This document shows positions 43,934-53,932 of a stretch of DNA of 64,000 nt, one piece after another. Position numbers and translations under genes: made by a program. The notes beneath the pieces are model-generated. The model saw only the letters and a program-made list of their open reading frames with translations, was not told the DNA's origin and searched no databases. Each line of letters opens with the position of its first letter. Positions within the stretch are counted from its first letter, which is position 1. Where the stretch lies: positions 709-64,708 of IMG/VR virus record IMGVR_UViG_3300038393_001585. One strand, 5' to 3'. The stretch is from a virus. Taxonomy: Duplodnaviria > Caudoviricetes.

Positions 43934-45656
43934 CGAGGAAGTCCCGGAGGTCGTCGAGCCGTTCACGATCGGTCCGACGTGGAAGCGTGGCCCGGACGGG
44001 CGGTTCATCCTGCCGGAGTACACGCTGGGCTGGCACTGCCTGGCCTGGACGGCGACGTACCTGCAGCACTACGTCGGTGCCTCGTGGCGGTACACGGCGG
44101 AGCAGGCCCGGCTGACGCTGTGGTGGTACGCCATGGATCCGGTGACGAACCGGTTCCTGTGGCGGGACGGCGTGATCCAGCGGCTGAAGGGCTGGGGCAA
44201 GGACCCGCTGATTGCGACCTGGTCGGCGTTCGAGTTCGTCGGCCCGTGCCGGTTCGGCGAGGTCGCCGACGAGGGCAACGAGTGGGGTGTTCCGGCTGGG
44301 CAGCCGCTGGGGGTGCAGCATCCGGCGGCGTGGGTGCAGATCGCTGCCGTGAGTCAGGACCAGACGCGGAACACGATGACGCTGTTCCCGTCGATCCTGT
44401 CGAAGCGGGCGATCGAGGAGTACCGCATCGACCTCGGCAAGGAGATCATCTACGCCGACAAGGGCCGGGCCCGGATCGAGGCGGTCACCTCGTCGCCGCG
44501 GGCGTTGGAGGGCGGCCGACCGACGTTCGTGTCGCTGGGGGAGACCCACCACTGGGTGGAGTCGAACCAGGGCCACGAGATGGCCGGGGTCATCGAGCGT
44601 AACGCGACGAAGAGCGCCGACGGTCAGGCACGGACGCTGGCGAACACGAACGCCTACGAGCCCGGCGAGGACAGCGTCGCCGAGCGGACGCGGGAGGCGT
44701 TCGAGTCGGCGGAGTCCGGGCGCGCGGTGGATACGGGCCTGTTCTACGACTCGCTGGAGGCTCCGGCTGAGGCGAAGCTCACCGAGGCCTGGATCGTGCC
44801 GACGCTGAAGGCGGTCCGCGGGGATTCGGTGTGGTTGGACATCGAGCGGTTGAAGGCGTCGATCCTCGACGTCCGCAACCCGCCGTCGCGGTCACGCCGG
44901 TTCTGGTTCAACCAGATCGTCGCGGCTGAGGATGCGTTCCTGGCCCGCTACGAGTGGGACGCCAACCCGCACGAGGGCCTCGACCTGGAACAGGGCGACG
45001 AGATCGTCCTGTTCTTCGACGGCTCCAAGAGTGACGACGCCACCGGCCTGGTCGGCTGCCGCATGTCGGACGGGCTGGTGAAGACCCTTGGCGTCTGGCA
45101 GCGCCCGGCGAACTGGCCTGGTGAGCGGCCGTGGCGGGTGCCGCGGGACGAGGTCGACGGAGTTGTCGACAACGTCTTCGCCCAGTACAAGCCGCTCGCG
45201 TTCTTCGCGGACCCGGGCGCCGGCCAGGACGACGCGGACGGCGAACGCTACTGGGACGGCTACATCGACGCGTGGGCGCAGCGGTATGGCAAGCGGCTGA
45301 AGCTGAAGGCTGTGAGCTCGGGGCACGGCCAGCACGCGGTGATGTGGGACATGCGGGACCGGCGCCGGCAGCAGGCCTTCACGGAGGCAGTGGACCGCTT
45401 CTATCGAGACGTGCTGGAGCGGCAGGTGCCGCATGACGGCCACAAGGTGCTGCGACAGCACATCTCGAACGCCCGGCGCCGCACGAACGCCTGGGGCTAC
45501 TCGATCGGCAAGGAGCATCGGGAGTCGGCTCGGAAGGTCGACTTGGCGGTGTGTGCGATCGGCGCGCGGATGCTGCGCCGCTTGGTCATGAACAGTCAGT
45601 TCTGGGTGAAGCGCTCTCGGGTGCGCGGTAGGGGACGGGTGGTGGTGCTGCGGTGA
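43914..45656 (+). CDS. terL: Terminase large subunit
   Basis: RLKGWGKDP Walker A, LGETHH, FFDGSKSDDATG and KVDLAV nuclease motifs. Confidence 0.95.
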   Translation: MTLLAADEEVPEVVEPFTIGPTWKRGPDGRFILPEYTLGWHCLAWTATYLQHYVGASWRYTAEQARLTLWWYAMDPVTNRFLWRDGVIQRLKGWGKDPLIATWSAFEFVGPCRFGEVADEGNEWGVPAGQPLGVQHPAAWVQIAAVSQDQTRNTMTLFPSILSKRAIEEYRIDLGKEIIYADKGRARIEAVTSSPRALEGGRPTFVSLGETHHWVESNQGHEMAGVIERNATKSADGQARTLANTNAYEPGEDSVAERTREAFESAESGRAVDTGLFYDSLEAPAEAKLTEAWIVPTLKAVRGDSVWLDIERLKASILDVRNPPSRSRRFWFNQIVAAEDAFLARYEWDANPHEGLDLEQGDEIVLFFDGSKSDDATGLVGCRMSDGLVKTLGVWQRPANWPGERPWRVPRDEVDGVVDNVFAQYKPLAFFADPGAGQDDADGERYWDGYIDAWAQRYGKRLKLKAVSSGHGQHAVMWDMRDRRRQQAFTEAVDRFYRDVLERQVPHDGHKVLRQHISNARRRTNAWGYSIGKEHRESARKVDLAVCAIGARMLRRLVMNSQFWVKRSRVRGRGRVVVLR

Positions 45657-47086
45657 CGACGACCATCCCTGATCTGCCGCTTCTGACGCTGTCGGATGAC
45701 GAGCGCCAGCTGCTCACGGCGCTCCGCACGGACCTCCTCGGCTGCCGGTTCAAGCTGGAGCTGCTGGACGCCTACTTCAACGGCGAGCAGATCGTGCGCG
45801 ACCTCGGCATCAGCATCCCGCCGCAGTTGCAGCGCCTGCACACGGTGATCGGCTGGCCGAGGATCGGCGTGGAGTCCCTCGAGCAGCGCCTGGACCTGGA
45901 GGGCTTCCGTTGGGCGGACGGTTCGGACGCCTCCGACCTGGAGGAGATCGCGGAGTCGAACGACCTGTACGACGAGGCGAGCTTGGCCCACCTGGACGCC
46001 CTGACTTACGGCCGCGAGTACGTGGCGGTCGGCTCGGGCGAGGCCGGTGATCCGCCGCTCATCACCTTCGAGTCGCCGCTGGACATGACGATGTTCTGGG
46101 ATGCGCGGCTGCGGATGGCGACGGCGGCTCTCCGCGAGTCTGTCGAGGACGGCGTGCGGATCGCCACGCTGTACCTGCAGGACCAGACCGTGTACGCGGC
46201 GGAGACCAGCGACGGCTGGGAGGTTTTCGACCGGGACCTGCACAACTTGGGCATGGTGCCGGTGCTGCGGATGGCGAACCGGCAGCGGACCGCGGACCGG
46301 GTGGGTAAGTCGGAGATCACGCCCGAGGTCATGGCCATCACGGACGCGGCCTGCCGCCGGCTGATGGGCATCGAGGTCGCGGCGGAGTTCTTCGGCGCAC
46401 CGCAGCGGTACATCCTCGGCGCTTCAGAGTCGGCGTTCCAGGATGCGGAGGGCAACACCAAGTCGGCCTGGGAGACGTACATCGGCCGGGTGCTGGCGTT
46501 GGAGCGGGACGAGGATGGCAACGTGCCGACGGTGGGTGCGTTTACGGCGCACGATCCGTCCGGACAGACGAAGATCATCGACCTGTATGCCCGGATCATG
46601 GCGTCGCAGCTGTCTGTGGCGCCGCACGTCCTCGGCTATACCAGCGACAACCCGGCCAGCGCGGACGCGATCCGCTACGCGGACAATGCGCAGATCAAGA
46701 AGGCAGAGCGCCGCATCCGCCGCTTCTCGGCGACGCACCGGGACGCGATGCGGCTCGCGCTGTGGTTCCGTGACGGGGAGCCGCCGGACAAGTCTCGCCG
46801 CATCGAGTGCATCTGGCGGAACCCGGCGACCCCGACCCTCGCCGCCCAGGTCGACGCGGTCACGAAGCTCGTGACGACCGGCATCCTGCCCGCGGACTCG
46901 GATGTCGCGCTGGAGATGGCCGGCCTCACCGAGGACCAGCGTCGCCGGGTGGCGGCCGAGCGGCGGCGTAGCGCTGGCGCCGCGGCGAGCACGCAGATCA
47001 TGGAGCGGCTCGCCGCGCTGAACCAGCAGACTGAGCCGCTGCCGCCGGTGCAGGAGGTGACCGGTGGCGACAACGGTCTCGGATAG
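45653..47086 (+). CDS. Portal protein (SPP1 gp6-like)
   Basis: AYFNG...GWPRIGV...ALTYGR...RM.NR...G.SEI...NPASADA. Confidence 0.9.
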   Translation: MTTTIPDLPLLTLSDDERQLLTALRTDLLGCRFKLELLDAYFNGEQIVRDLGISIPPQLQRLHTVIGWPRIGVESLEQRLDLEGFRWADGSDASDLEEIAESNDLYDEASLAHLDALTYGREYVAVGSGEAGDPPLITFESPLDMTMFWDARLRMATAALRESVEDGVRIATLYLQDQTVYAAETSDGWEVFDRDLHNLGMVPVLRMANRQRTADRVGKSEITPEVMAITDAACRRLMGIEVAAEFFGAPQRYILGASESAFQDAEGNTKSAWETYIGRVLALERDEDGNVPTVGAFTAHDPSGQTKIIDLYARIMASQLSVAPHVLGYTSDNPASADAIRYADNAQIKKAERRIRRFSATHRDAMRLALWFRDGEPPDKSRRIECIWRNPATPTLAAQVDAVTKLVTTGILPADSDVALEMAGLTEDQRRRVAAERRRSAGAAASTQIMERLAALNQQTEPLPPVQEVTGGDNGLG

Positions 47087-47843
47087 CGGCGACGCTGCGA
47101 ACCGGTACCGGGCTGCTCAGATCGGCCTGACACGGCTGCTGGTACGGGACGTGCGCGGCCTGCGGCGGCTGATCCTGCCCTCGCGGCTGCGGGAGAGCGT
47201 GCCGGACTGGCTGACCGCGGTGAATGCGATCGTCGACCAGTACGCGCGTACCTCCGCCTCTCTGGCGGCGGAGTTCTATGACGCCCAGCGTGAGGCGGCC
47301 GGCGTGCCCGGAACCTTCACCGTGCCTGTCGCTGATCCGCCTCCGCCGGAGCAGGCGGGGGCGTCGCTCCGCTGGGCGACGAAGGACCTGTGGCCGCGGG
47401 ATCCGGAGGATCCGAAGACCACGGACGCGCAGCGTGAGCCGCTGGATGTGCGACTGGCGCAGGCGGAGAAGAAGGCCGAGCAGGTGGCGCAGAAGCTGGT
47501 CACCGATACGGGACGCGGCACTGTCCAGGAGGCGGTGCGGCAGGACCGGCAAGCCACCGCCTGGGCACGCTCCGCAGCGTTGGGCGCTTGCGCGTTCTGC
47601 AAGCTGCTCGCCGCGCGCGGGGCGGTGTACAAGCGGGACACGGCGGATTTCCGGGCGCACGACGGATGCCATTGCGGCGTGGTCCCGGTGTTCAAGGGGC
47701 AGCGGTTCGAGCTGTCTCCGCATGCACGCGAGTGGGAGCGCATCTACCGCGACTTCGCGGCAGGCCACCCCGGCAACCAACTTCGCCTGTTCAGGCAGGC
47801 GCTGGCCGAGCACGACAGCAATCCGCTGCCGGGCTCGAACTGA
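47064..47843 (+). CDS. MuF/VG15-like minor head or maturation protein
   Basis: WAR...ACAFC.LLA.RG.VY...HDGCHC. Confidence 0.75.
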   Translation: MATTVSDSGDAANRYRAAQIGLTRLLVRDVRGLRRLILPSRLRESVPDWLTAVNAIVDQYARTSASLAAEFYDAQREAAGVPGTFTVPVADPPPPEQAGASLRWATKDLWPRDPEDPKTTDAQREPLDVRLAQAEKKAEQVAQKLVTDTGRGTVQEAVRQDRQATAWARSAALGACAFCKLLAARGAVYKRDTADFRAHDGCHCGVVPVFKGQRFELSPHAREWERIYRDFAAGHPGNQLRLFRQALAEHDSNPLPGSN

Positions 47844-47899
47844 CCAACCCCTAGCCGCCCTGGAGGCGGCTATCTCTGCCCCTGGAGGGCCACTTCACC

Positions 47900-48490
47900 A
47901 TGCCCGAGAACGAGGAGACCCCCGAGGTCGTCGAGGAGCCGCAGGAGCCCGAGCCCGCCCCGGAGGCGGAGGGCGCCGAAGAGGAGCCGTTCGACCGGAA
48001 GCGCGCCGAGGCTGCGCTGAAGAAGAAGAACTCCGAGGCGGAGAACCTCCGCAAGCGGCTGAAGGAACTGGAGCCCCTCGCTAAGAAGGCGCAGGAGCTG
48101 GAGGACGCGCAGAAGTCCGAACAGGAACGCCTGTCGGAGAAGCTCACCGCTGCCGAGAAGCGCGTGCTCGCCTTCCAGCAGCGCGCGGTTCGCTCGGAGG
48201 TCAAGGCCCTGGCCGCCGCCGAGTTCGCCGACCCCGAGGACGCGCACGCATTCCTCAGCCTCGACTCCTACGTGACCGAGGACGGCGACGTCGATACGGA
48301 CGCCATCCAGCGAGACCTCAAAGACCTGCTGAAGCGCAAGCCGCACCTGGCCCGCCAGGTCGACACCTCCCCGCGCACCCCGCGCCCGGACCACACGCAG
48401 GGCTCCTCGGGCAACGGCAATCGATCCACTTCCGAACCGTCGGCGGTGTTCGCCGACTTCATGAAGGGCGCCCTCACTCGGGGGCGCTGA
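47900..48490 (+). CDS. Scaffolding protein
   Basis: Acidic N-terminus, coiled coil, KPHLA...P.PD..QG; directly before capsid gene. Confidence 0.8.
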   Translation: MPENEETPEVVEEPQEPEPAPEAEGAEEEPFDRKRAEAALKKKNSEAENLRKRLKELEPLAKKAQELEDAQKSEQERLSEKLTAAEKRVLAFQQRAVRSEVKALAAAEFADPEDAHAFLSLDSYVTEDGDVDTDAIQRDLKDLLKRKPHLARQVDTSPRTPRPDHTQGSSGNGNRSTSEPSAVFADFMKGALTRGR

Positions 48491-48505
48491 GAGAGGTAGC
48501 CCTCC

Positions 48506-49462
48506 ATGGTTGCAACCAACCCCATCAAGCTGAGCGACGTCGACCCGACGTTTCTCCCGCCCACTCTGACGGCCCCGATCTTCGAGAAGTCCGTCGAGCA
48601 GAGCGCCGTCATGAGCCTCGCCCGGCGGGTGCCGCTGTCCATGTCGGCGAACACCGCAGTGCCCGTCCCGCTGGACGTGCCGACGGCAGACTGGGTGGAC
48701 CAGGCCGGCCGTAAGCCGCTGTCCACCGGTGGCGTCGACATCAAGCAGATGTCCGGCAAGAAGATCGCCGTCATGATCCCGGTCGCGATGGAGGTCGTCG
48801 AGTCCAACGCGGCGGGCCTGTGGACCCAGCTGCAGAACGACCTGCCGACCGCGTTCTCCCGCGCCTTCGACCGGGCGACGATCCACGGCCGCACCATGAA
48901 GGGCGCCACCGGCCCGTTCCCGGACTACCTGGCCATGACGACCAAGGAGGTCGTCCTCGGCACGACCGGCCAGTCCACGGGCGGCATCTGGACCGACCTG
49001 GTCAACGGCATGGAAGCCATCATCGACGACGACTGGGACTACACCGGGACCGTCGCCGACAACCGGCTCAAGCCGAAGCTGCTGAAGGCCACCGACACCA
49101 CCGGTCAGCCCATCTTCGTCGACACCACCCAGCCGGGAACCGGTGCGGCGCTGGCGGGCACCCTGGTCGGCGAGCCGGTCGCCTACTCCCGCAGCGTCTC
49201 CGGCAAGGTGCGCCGCCAGTCCACCTCGGTCGACTCGGGTCTGCGCGCGATTGGCGGGGACTTCTCCCAGGCTGCCTACGGCGTGGGTATGGACATCTCC
49301 GTCAAGATCAGCCGTGAGGCGACGTACATCGACGAGGACGGCGGCGTGCACTCGGCGTTCCAGGAGAACCTGGTGCTCCTGCTCGCGGAGGCGTACTACG
49401 GCTTCGTCCTCGGCGACCCGGAGGCGTTCGTGCGGTACGTGGCGACCGCCGGGGCCTCGTGA
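48506..49462 (+). CDS. Major capsid protein (HK97 fold)
   Basis: ADWVDQAGRKP...KKIAV.IPV..EV...D.A.I.G...FQENLV. Confidence 0.9.
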   Translation: MVATNPIKLSDVDPTFLPPTLTAPIFEKSVEQSAVMSLARRVPLSMSANTAVPVPLDVPTADWVDQAGRKPLSTGGVDIKQMSGKKIAVMIPVAMEVVESNAAGLWTQLQNDLPTAFSRAFDRATIHGRTMKGATGPFPDYLAMTTKEVVLGTTGQSTGGIWTDLVNGMEAIIDDDWDYTGTVADNRLKPKLLKATDTTGQPIFVDTTQPGTGAALAGTLVGEPVAYSRSVSGKVRRQSTSVDSGLRAIGGDFSQAAYGVGMDISVKISREATYIDEDGGVHSAFQENLVLLLAEAYYGFVLGDPEAFVRYVATAGAS

Positions 49463-50469
49463 CCGGAGCGGGCTCGGGCCGGGCGATGCGTGTCATCGCC
49501 CGGCTGCACGGCTATCCGCCGCGGCACAACGCGGGCGCGGAGTGGATGGCCCACTCCATGCTGCGGGCGCTTGTGGCGCGCGGCCACGACGTGCAGGTGT
49601 GGCTGTCGCGGTACTCGGGCGATGGCAAGCCCTACGACCTGGACGGCGTGCACGTGGTGCCGCTCCAGGCTCGCCTGGACTTCGCCACCGCGGTCCGGAA
49701 GGCCGACGTCCTCGTCAGCCACCTGGAGAACGTCCCGTCCACTGCGGCGCTGGCCCGCGGCTACGGCAAGCCGGTGGTGGCGATCTGCCACAACACGCAC
49801 CGGCCCACCTTCCGCGACGTCGCATCCGGCGGCGTGAGCCTGGCGGTGCTCAACAGCCAGTGGATGGAGCGCGAGGCGGAGCTGTTCTTCGCCGAGTACC
49901 CGAAGGCTGTCCGGCCGGCTCAGACGCTGATCGTGCGGCCTCCGGTGTTCGCCGACGAGTACCGCACGAAGCCGGGCGCGAAGGTGACACTGGTCAACTG
50001 CAATGCCGACAAGGGCGGCAAGGTGCTGGAGGCTGTCGCCCGCCGGATGCCCGACACCGAGTTCCTGGCGGTGGCTGGCGCCTACGGTGAGCAGATCCTG
50101 CCGGACCTGCCGAACGTCGAGATCGTGCAGCAGGTGCCGGGCAGCGAAATGCGGGACCGCGTGTACGCCAAGACGCGTGTGCTGCTGATGCCGAGCGTCT
50201 ACGAGTCGTGGGGCCGGGCCGGTGTCGAGGCGCTCGCCTCCGGTATCCCGGTCGTTGCGCACCCCACGCCGGGGCTGTGCGAGTCGCTCGGCGAGGCCGG
50301 CGTGTTCGTCAACCGCACCGACCTTGAGGGCTACGAGGCGGTCCTGCGCAGGCTGCTGCAGCCCGACGAGTACCGGCTGGCGTCGAAGCGAGCTCGGGCC
50401 CGGTCGGCGGAGCTGGATCCGACGAAGGAACTGGCCGCCTGGTGCGATGCGGTGGAGGCCCTGGCCTAG
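49459..50469 (+). CDS. GT4-family glycosyltransferase
   Basis: GAEWMAH.ML..L..RGH.V; NADKGG; LLMPS.YESWGRAGVEA..SGIPVVA. Confidence 0.9.
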   Translation: MTGAGSGRAMRVIARLHGYPPRHNAGAEWMAHSMLRALVARGHDVQVWLSRYSGDGKPYDLDGVHVVPLQARLDFATAVRKADVLVSHLENVPSTAALARGYGKPVVAICHNTHRPTFRDVASGGVSLAVLNSQWMEREAELFFAEYPKAVRPAQTLIVRPPVFADEYRTKPGAKVTLVNCNADKGGKVLEAVARRMPDTEFLAVAGAYGEQILPDLPNVEIVQQVPGSEMRDRVYAKTRVLLMPSVYESWGRAGVEALASGIPVVAHPTPGLCESLGEAGVFVNRTDLEGYEAVLRRLLQPDEYRLASKRARARSAELDPTKELAAWCDAVEALA

Positions 50470-50478
50470 GAGGTAGCG

Positions 50479-50895
50479 ATGACGTTCGTACCGCCGACCG
50501 CCGAACAGCTCGGCCTCTACCTCGACCTGGCGGAGATCAACGGGGACCGGGCCGACCTGCTCATCACTCAGGCGGTCGCCCTGTGCGAGACGGTCGTCAA
50601 GCCGCTGCCGGACCAGGCCACCGCGGTGGTTCTATCAGTGGCCGGGCGTGGCTACGTCAACCCGCAACAGGTGTCCTACGAGACGATCGGCCCGATGTCG
50701 GTGCAGCGCCCCCAGGGTTCTGGCGGGCTGTATCTGACGAAGGCGGACCGGACCGCGCTTAAGTCGCTCGCCGGCCGCGGTGGTGCGTTCACCGTGGACC
50801 CGACCCCGGTCGCCGCAGACGTATCGCCGTCGTACCCGATCGACGACGACTACGGTCCGCCGTTGGACTGGGAGCCGGGCTGGGGGTGGGTGTAG
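50479..50895 (+). CDS. Head-to-tail adaptor
   Basis: Position; AVVLSVAGR...NP...ETIGP...LYLTKADR. Confidence 0.75.
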   Translation: MTFVPPTAEQLGLYLDLAEINGDRADLLITQAVALCETVVKPLPDQATAVVLSVAGRGYVNPQQVSYETIGPMSVQRPQGSGGLYLTKADRTALKSLAGRGGAFTVDPTPVAADVSPSYPIDDDYGPPLDWEPGWGWV

Positions 50896-51258
50896 ATGCC
50901 CGGCCCGTACCCGTTCGGTGAGACGGTGCGGATCATCCGCACCGGCCCCTCGCCGGGGAGGGACGACCGCGGGCACCCGTTGCCCGGCCCGGACGAGTCG
51001 TTCGACGTTCCCGGCTGCGTCGTCACCCCCCGAGCGGAGACACCGCAGGTCGGTGGCGCCGAGCAGCAGGGCAGGGACACGGTCATCGTCGGATGGACGG
51101 TGTACGCACCCTCCGGGACAGTGCTGCGCACCACGGACAAGGCCCTGGTTCGCGGCGTCGTCTGCGACATCACGGGCGAGCCCGGCGACTGGGGCCGCTC
51201 CCCGTTCACGGGCACCGCCGGCCCGGTGCAGTTCGCGGCGGACCGGGTGACCGGCTAG
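50896..51258 (+). CDS. Head closure / stopper protein
   Basis: Position; DDRG...VPGC...TVYAP...D.ALVRG...G.P..W. Confidence 0.75.
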   Translation: MPGPYPFGETVRIIRTGPSPGRDDRGHPLPGPDESFDVPGCVVTPRAETPQVGGAEQQGRDTVIVGWTVYAPSGTVLRTTDKALVRGVVCDITGEPGDWGRSPFTGTAGPVQFAADRVTG

Positions 51259-51575
51259 CCGCGGGCCTGCTCCACCGCGGCGACGAGCTTCTCGACAGCG
51301 TCGTTGTTCTTGTACCGGAAGGACAGGCTGTGGGGATCCTCGTATGAGGGCCGGCTGCCCATCTTCAGGCCCTGGTGCTCACCGGCCGCTCCGCTACCTG
51401 CCAGCAGGAACTGCACGTAGCCGTTGATGAACCGGTTACCGCGCTTGAACCGCGTCGAGATGACGTCGGCAGCGCGGATACGAACGGGCGCCGGCCTGAA
51501 GCCGAGTCCCTTTTTCGTGATGGTGATCCATTCACCGTCGAAGCTGATGGTGCCGAGTACACCTGTCACTTCCAT
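51255..51575 (-). CDS. DUF4429-like (PH-like) moron, opposite strand
   Basis: GTISFDGEWITITK...RI....I....F......NGYVQF. Confidence 0.65.
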   Translation of the reverse strand: MEVTGVLGTISFDGEWITITKKGLGFRPAPVRIRAADVISTRFKRGNRFINGYVQFLLAGSGAAGEHQGLKMGSRPSYEDPHSLSFRYKNNDAVEKLVAAVEQARG

Positions 51576-51610
51576 GTCCGCCCCTTGGCACGCGAGTTGT
51601 AGGAGGGGAT

Positions 51611-51937
51611 ATGGCAGCACGGTTCAAGATGTCCCGTAAAGGAGTCGGCGAGCTCCTTCGGTCGGAGATGATCCGCGCCGATCTGGTCCGCCGTGCTCAC
51701 GCGATCGAGGGTGCTGCAGTAGGGCTGTCCCCGGTCGGGGGTGCGAGTGACCCGCACCCTGGCGAGTACAAGAGCAGCTGGTCCGTGGACAGCACGGCAC
51801 GGGGCGGGCGGCGCCGCGACCGAGCGGTGGCCTACGTCCGCAACGGCGCCTACTACGCCCGTTGGGTCGAGTACGGCACTGAGCGCGTTCCCGCTCACCA
51901 CGTGCTGCTGCGTGCAGCCCAGGCGGGCGGTCGCTGA
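51611..51937 (+). CDS. Tail completion / gp10-like protein
   Basis: AGGAGG RBS; GVGELLRS...YARWVEYGT. Confidence 0.75.
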   Translation: MAARFKMSRKGVGELLRSEMIRADLVRRAHAIEGAAVGLSPVGGASDPHPGEYKSSWSVDSTARGGRRRDRAVAYVRNGAYYARWVEYGTERVPAHHVLLRAAQAGGR

Positions 51938-52335
51938 TGACCGATGTCGGATCAGTCGATGTCGAGCTGGCGGTCATGGTCGCGCTGAGGGCCTTCCTCG
52001 GCGCTGGTGTGGTAGTCCGCGACGAGCTCGACAACGACCTGGCCAACGAACTGCCGACAGTTCAGGTGCAGGTGGCGGGCGGCGACGACGACGGGTTCCG
52101 GCTCGATAGGGCCTTCGTCGACATCGACGTCTACCACTCCACCCGGGCCGATGCGATCGCACTCGCAGCGACCATCCGGGGCTGGGTCCTCACGGTGCTG
52201 CGCGGCAGTGTTACCGCTCAGGCTGTGTTCGGCCGGACGGGCACCATTTCCCGGCCGGCTGTCCGCCCCTACGAGAACACCGCGCTCCGCCGTGTCGGGG
52301 CGACCTACGAGATCAACTGTCACCCGGTCTCCTGA
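51937..52335 (+). CDS. Tail terminator protein
   Basis: Position; LPTVQV..AGG.DD...LD...VDIDVY. Confidence 0.75.
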   Translation: MTDVGSVDVELAVMVALRAFLGAGVVVRDELDNDLANELPTVQVQVAGGDDDGFRLDRAFVDIDVYHSTRADAIALAATIRGWVLTVLRGSVTAQAVFGRTGTISRPAVRPYENTALRRVGATYEINCHPVS

Positions 52336-52406
52336 CCGGCTGGGCCCGCGCCGGACCCATAACCCGACCCCGCCTGCCGCGGGGTCTTCGCATGTCTGGA
52401 GACCCA

Positions 52407-52997
52407 ATGGTCAACATCACCCGTGCGGCAGACCTGACCGTCATCGGTGCCAACGGTGGCGGCTGGGTGGCGGCGGTCGGCACGACTGCCCCCGACTCGC
52501 CGCTGACGCAGCCGCTGTCCCCGTGGGAGCCGCTCGGCGCCATCAGCGACGACGGCCTCGTCTACGGCTTCGACGAGGACAGCCAGGAGTTCACCCCGTG
52601 GGGCCTCACCAGCCCGTTCCGCACGCAGATCACCAAGTCGGTGCGGACGTTCAAGGTGACGCTGTGGGAGACGGCCCGCGTCGCCGTCCAGTCGATCATG
52701 TACCGGATTCCGGCCGCCGACCTCAACCCGGACGGCACCAGCGGCCTCACGAGCTTCGCGGAGACCGCGTCGCCGACCCCGGACCGGCGCGCCTGGTGGT
52801 TCGCGGTCATCGACGGTGACACCGCCCGCGGCTTCTACGTCCCCAGCGGCGAGATCTCCGACCGCGCCGACGTGACGTTCAAGCAGGACGAGATGAGCGG
52901 CTACGAGATCACCGTCACCGCCTACCCGGACAGTGCCGGCAACACCGTCTACCACACCGACAAGCTGCCCGCGACGCCCGGCTACACGGGCTCCTGA
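52407..52997 (+). CDS. Major tail protein
   Basis: LGAISDDG...E.TPWG...EITVTAYPD. Confidence 0.85.
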   Translation: MVNITRAADLTVIGANGGGWVAAVGTTAPDSPLTQPLSPWEPLGAISDDGLVYGFDEDSQEFTPWGLTSPFRTQITKSVRTFKVTLWETARVAVQSIMYRIPAADLNPDGTSGLTSFAETASPTPDRRAWWFAVIDGDTARGFYVPSGEISDRADVTFKQDEMSGYEITVTAYPDSAGNTVYHTDKLPATPGYTGS

Positions 52998-53089
52998 ACT
53001 GGTGGGCGGGCCGCGAACCTGTCGGCGCGGGCCCGGCCCGCCCACCTCAACCCTCACTGCCCGCGCCCTGAACGAAGGAGGCCCGCGCC

Positions 53090-53503
53090 GTGGCTGCCAA
53101 CGCACGAACCGCCCACCGCAACACGCAGAGGAACCGCCCCAACCAGCGCCCGCAGGACAACGAGCGCCCCGCTACCAACCAGGCCACCGAGCCCACCGAG
53201 GCCGAGGCGCAGGAGATCGAGGCCGAGGGCCAGTACGTCACGGCCGAGCTGTGCGGTGAAGAGGTTCAGATCGTCCCGCCCCTGGCATGGCGGGCTTCCT
53301 GGCAGCGCCTGCTGAACCAGGGCAACCTCGACGCGTTCGCGTCGAAGGTGCTGCACCCTGACGACTACGAGCTGTACGAAGAGCTCGACCCGACGCTCGC
53401 CGAGTTCATGGAGTTCACCACGGACGCCGCCCAGCGGTCGGGTGAGAGCCTGGGGGAATCGCGTGGACCGGCTCCGTCGTCGAGGCGCACGCGGAGGCGG
53501 TAG
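53090..53503 (+). CDS. Tail assembly chaperone G
   Basis: Between major tail protein and tape measure; ends near slippery site. Confidence 0.8.
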   Translation: MAANARTAHRNTQRNRPNQRPQDNERPATNQATEPTEAEAQEIEAEGQYVTAELCGEEVQIVPPLAWRASWQRLLNQGNLDAFASKVLHPDDYELYEELDPTLAEFMEFTTDAAQRSGESLGESRGPAPSSRRTRRR

Positions 53504-53913
53504 AGGCCGACCTGCTCCGCTACTACAACGGCGTGGACCTCCTGGACGTCCACCGGGGGCAGATGTCGTGGCGGCGGCTGCGGGTTCTCATCCAGCACCT
53601 GCCCCCGGAGTCGGCCACGTGGACCGCCCTCCGTAACGCCACACCGGAGGACGTGCTGGCCGAGCAGGCGAACAAGGGCGAGCCGGAGAAGGACCGCTGG
53701 TCCAAGGTGGAGCAGCTCCTCGCGACGGTTGTCGATCGAGTGGCCCGGGTGGAGTACGTCCTCATCTGCGCCAACACCGACAAGAAGTCCCGGCGGCCGG
53801 AGCCGCCACAGCCCATCCGCCGCCCGGGAGCGCGCCCCCCGCGGCCGAAGCCAAAGCTGTCCGAAGCAGGGGCGAACACCCTGTTCCAGCTGATCAATGG
53901 GGGCGCCGCGTAG
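53452..53913 (+). CDS. Tail assembly chaperone G-T extension via -1 frameshift
   Basis: GGGGGAA at 53452-53458; -1 frame open to 53913 (GIAWTGSVVEAHAEAVEADLLRYY...). Confidence 0.8.
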   Translation, partial: GGIAWTGSVVEAHAEAVEADLLRYYNGVDLLDVHRGQMSWRRLRVLIQHLPPESATWTALRNATPEDVLAEQANKGEPEKDRWSKVEQLLATVVDRVARVEYVLICANTDKKSRRPEPPQPIRRPGARPPRPKPKLSEAGANTLFQLINGGAA

Positions 53914-53932
53914 CGCCATGGAGGGAGGCTCC

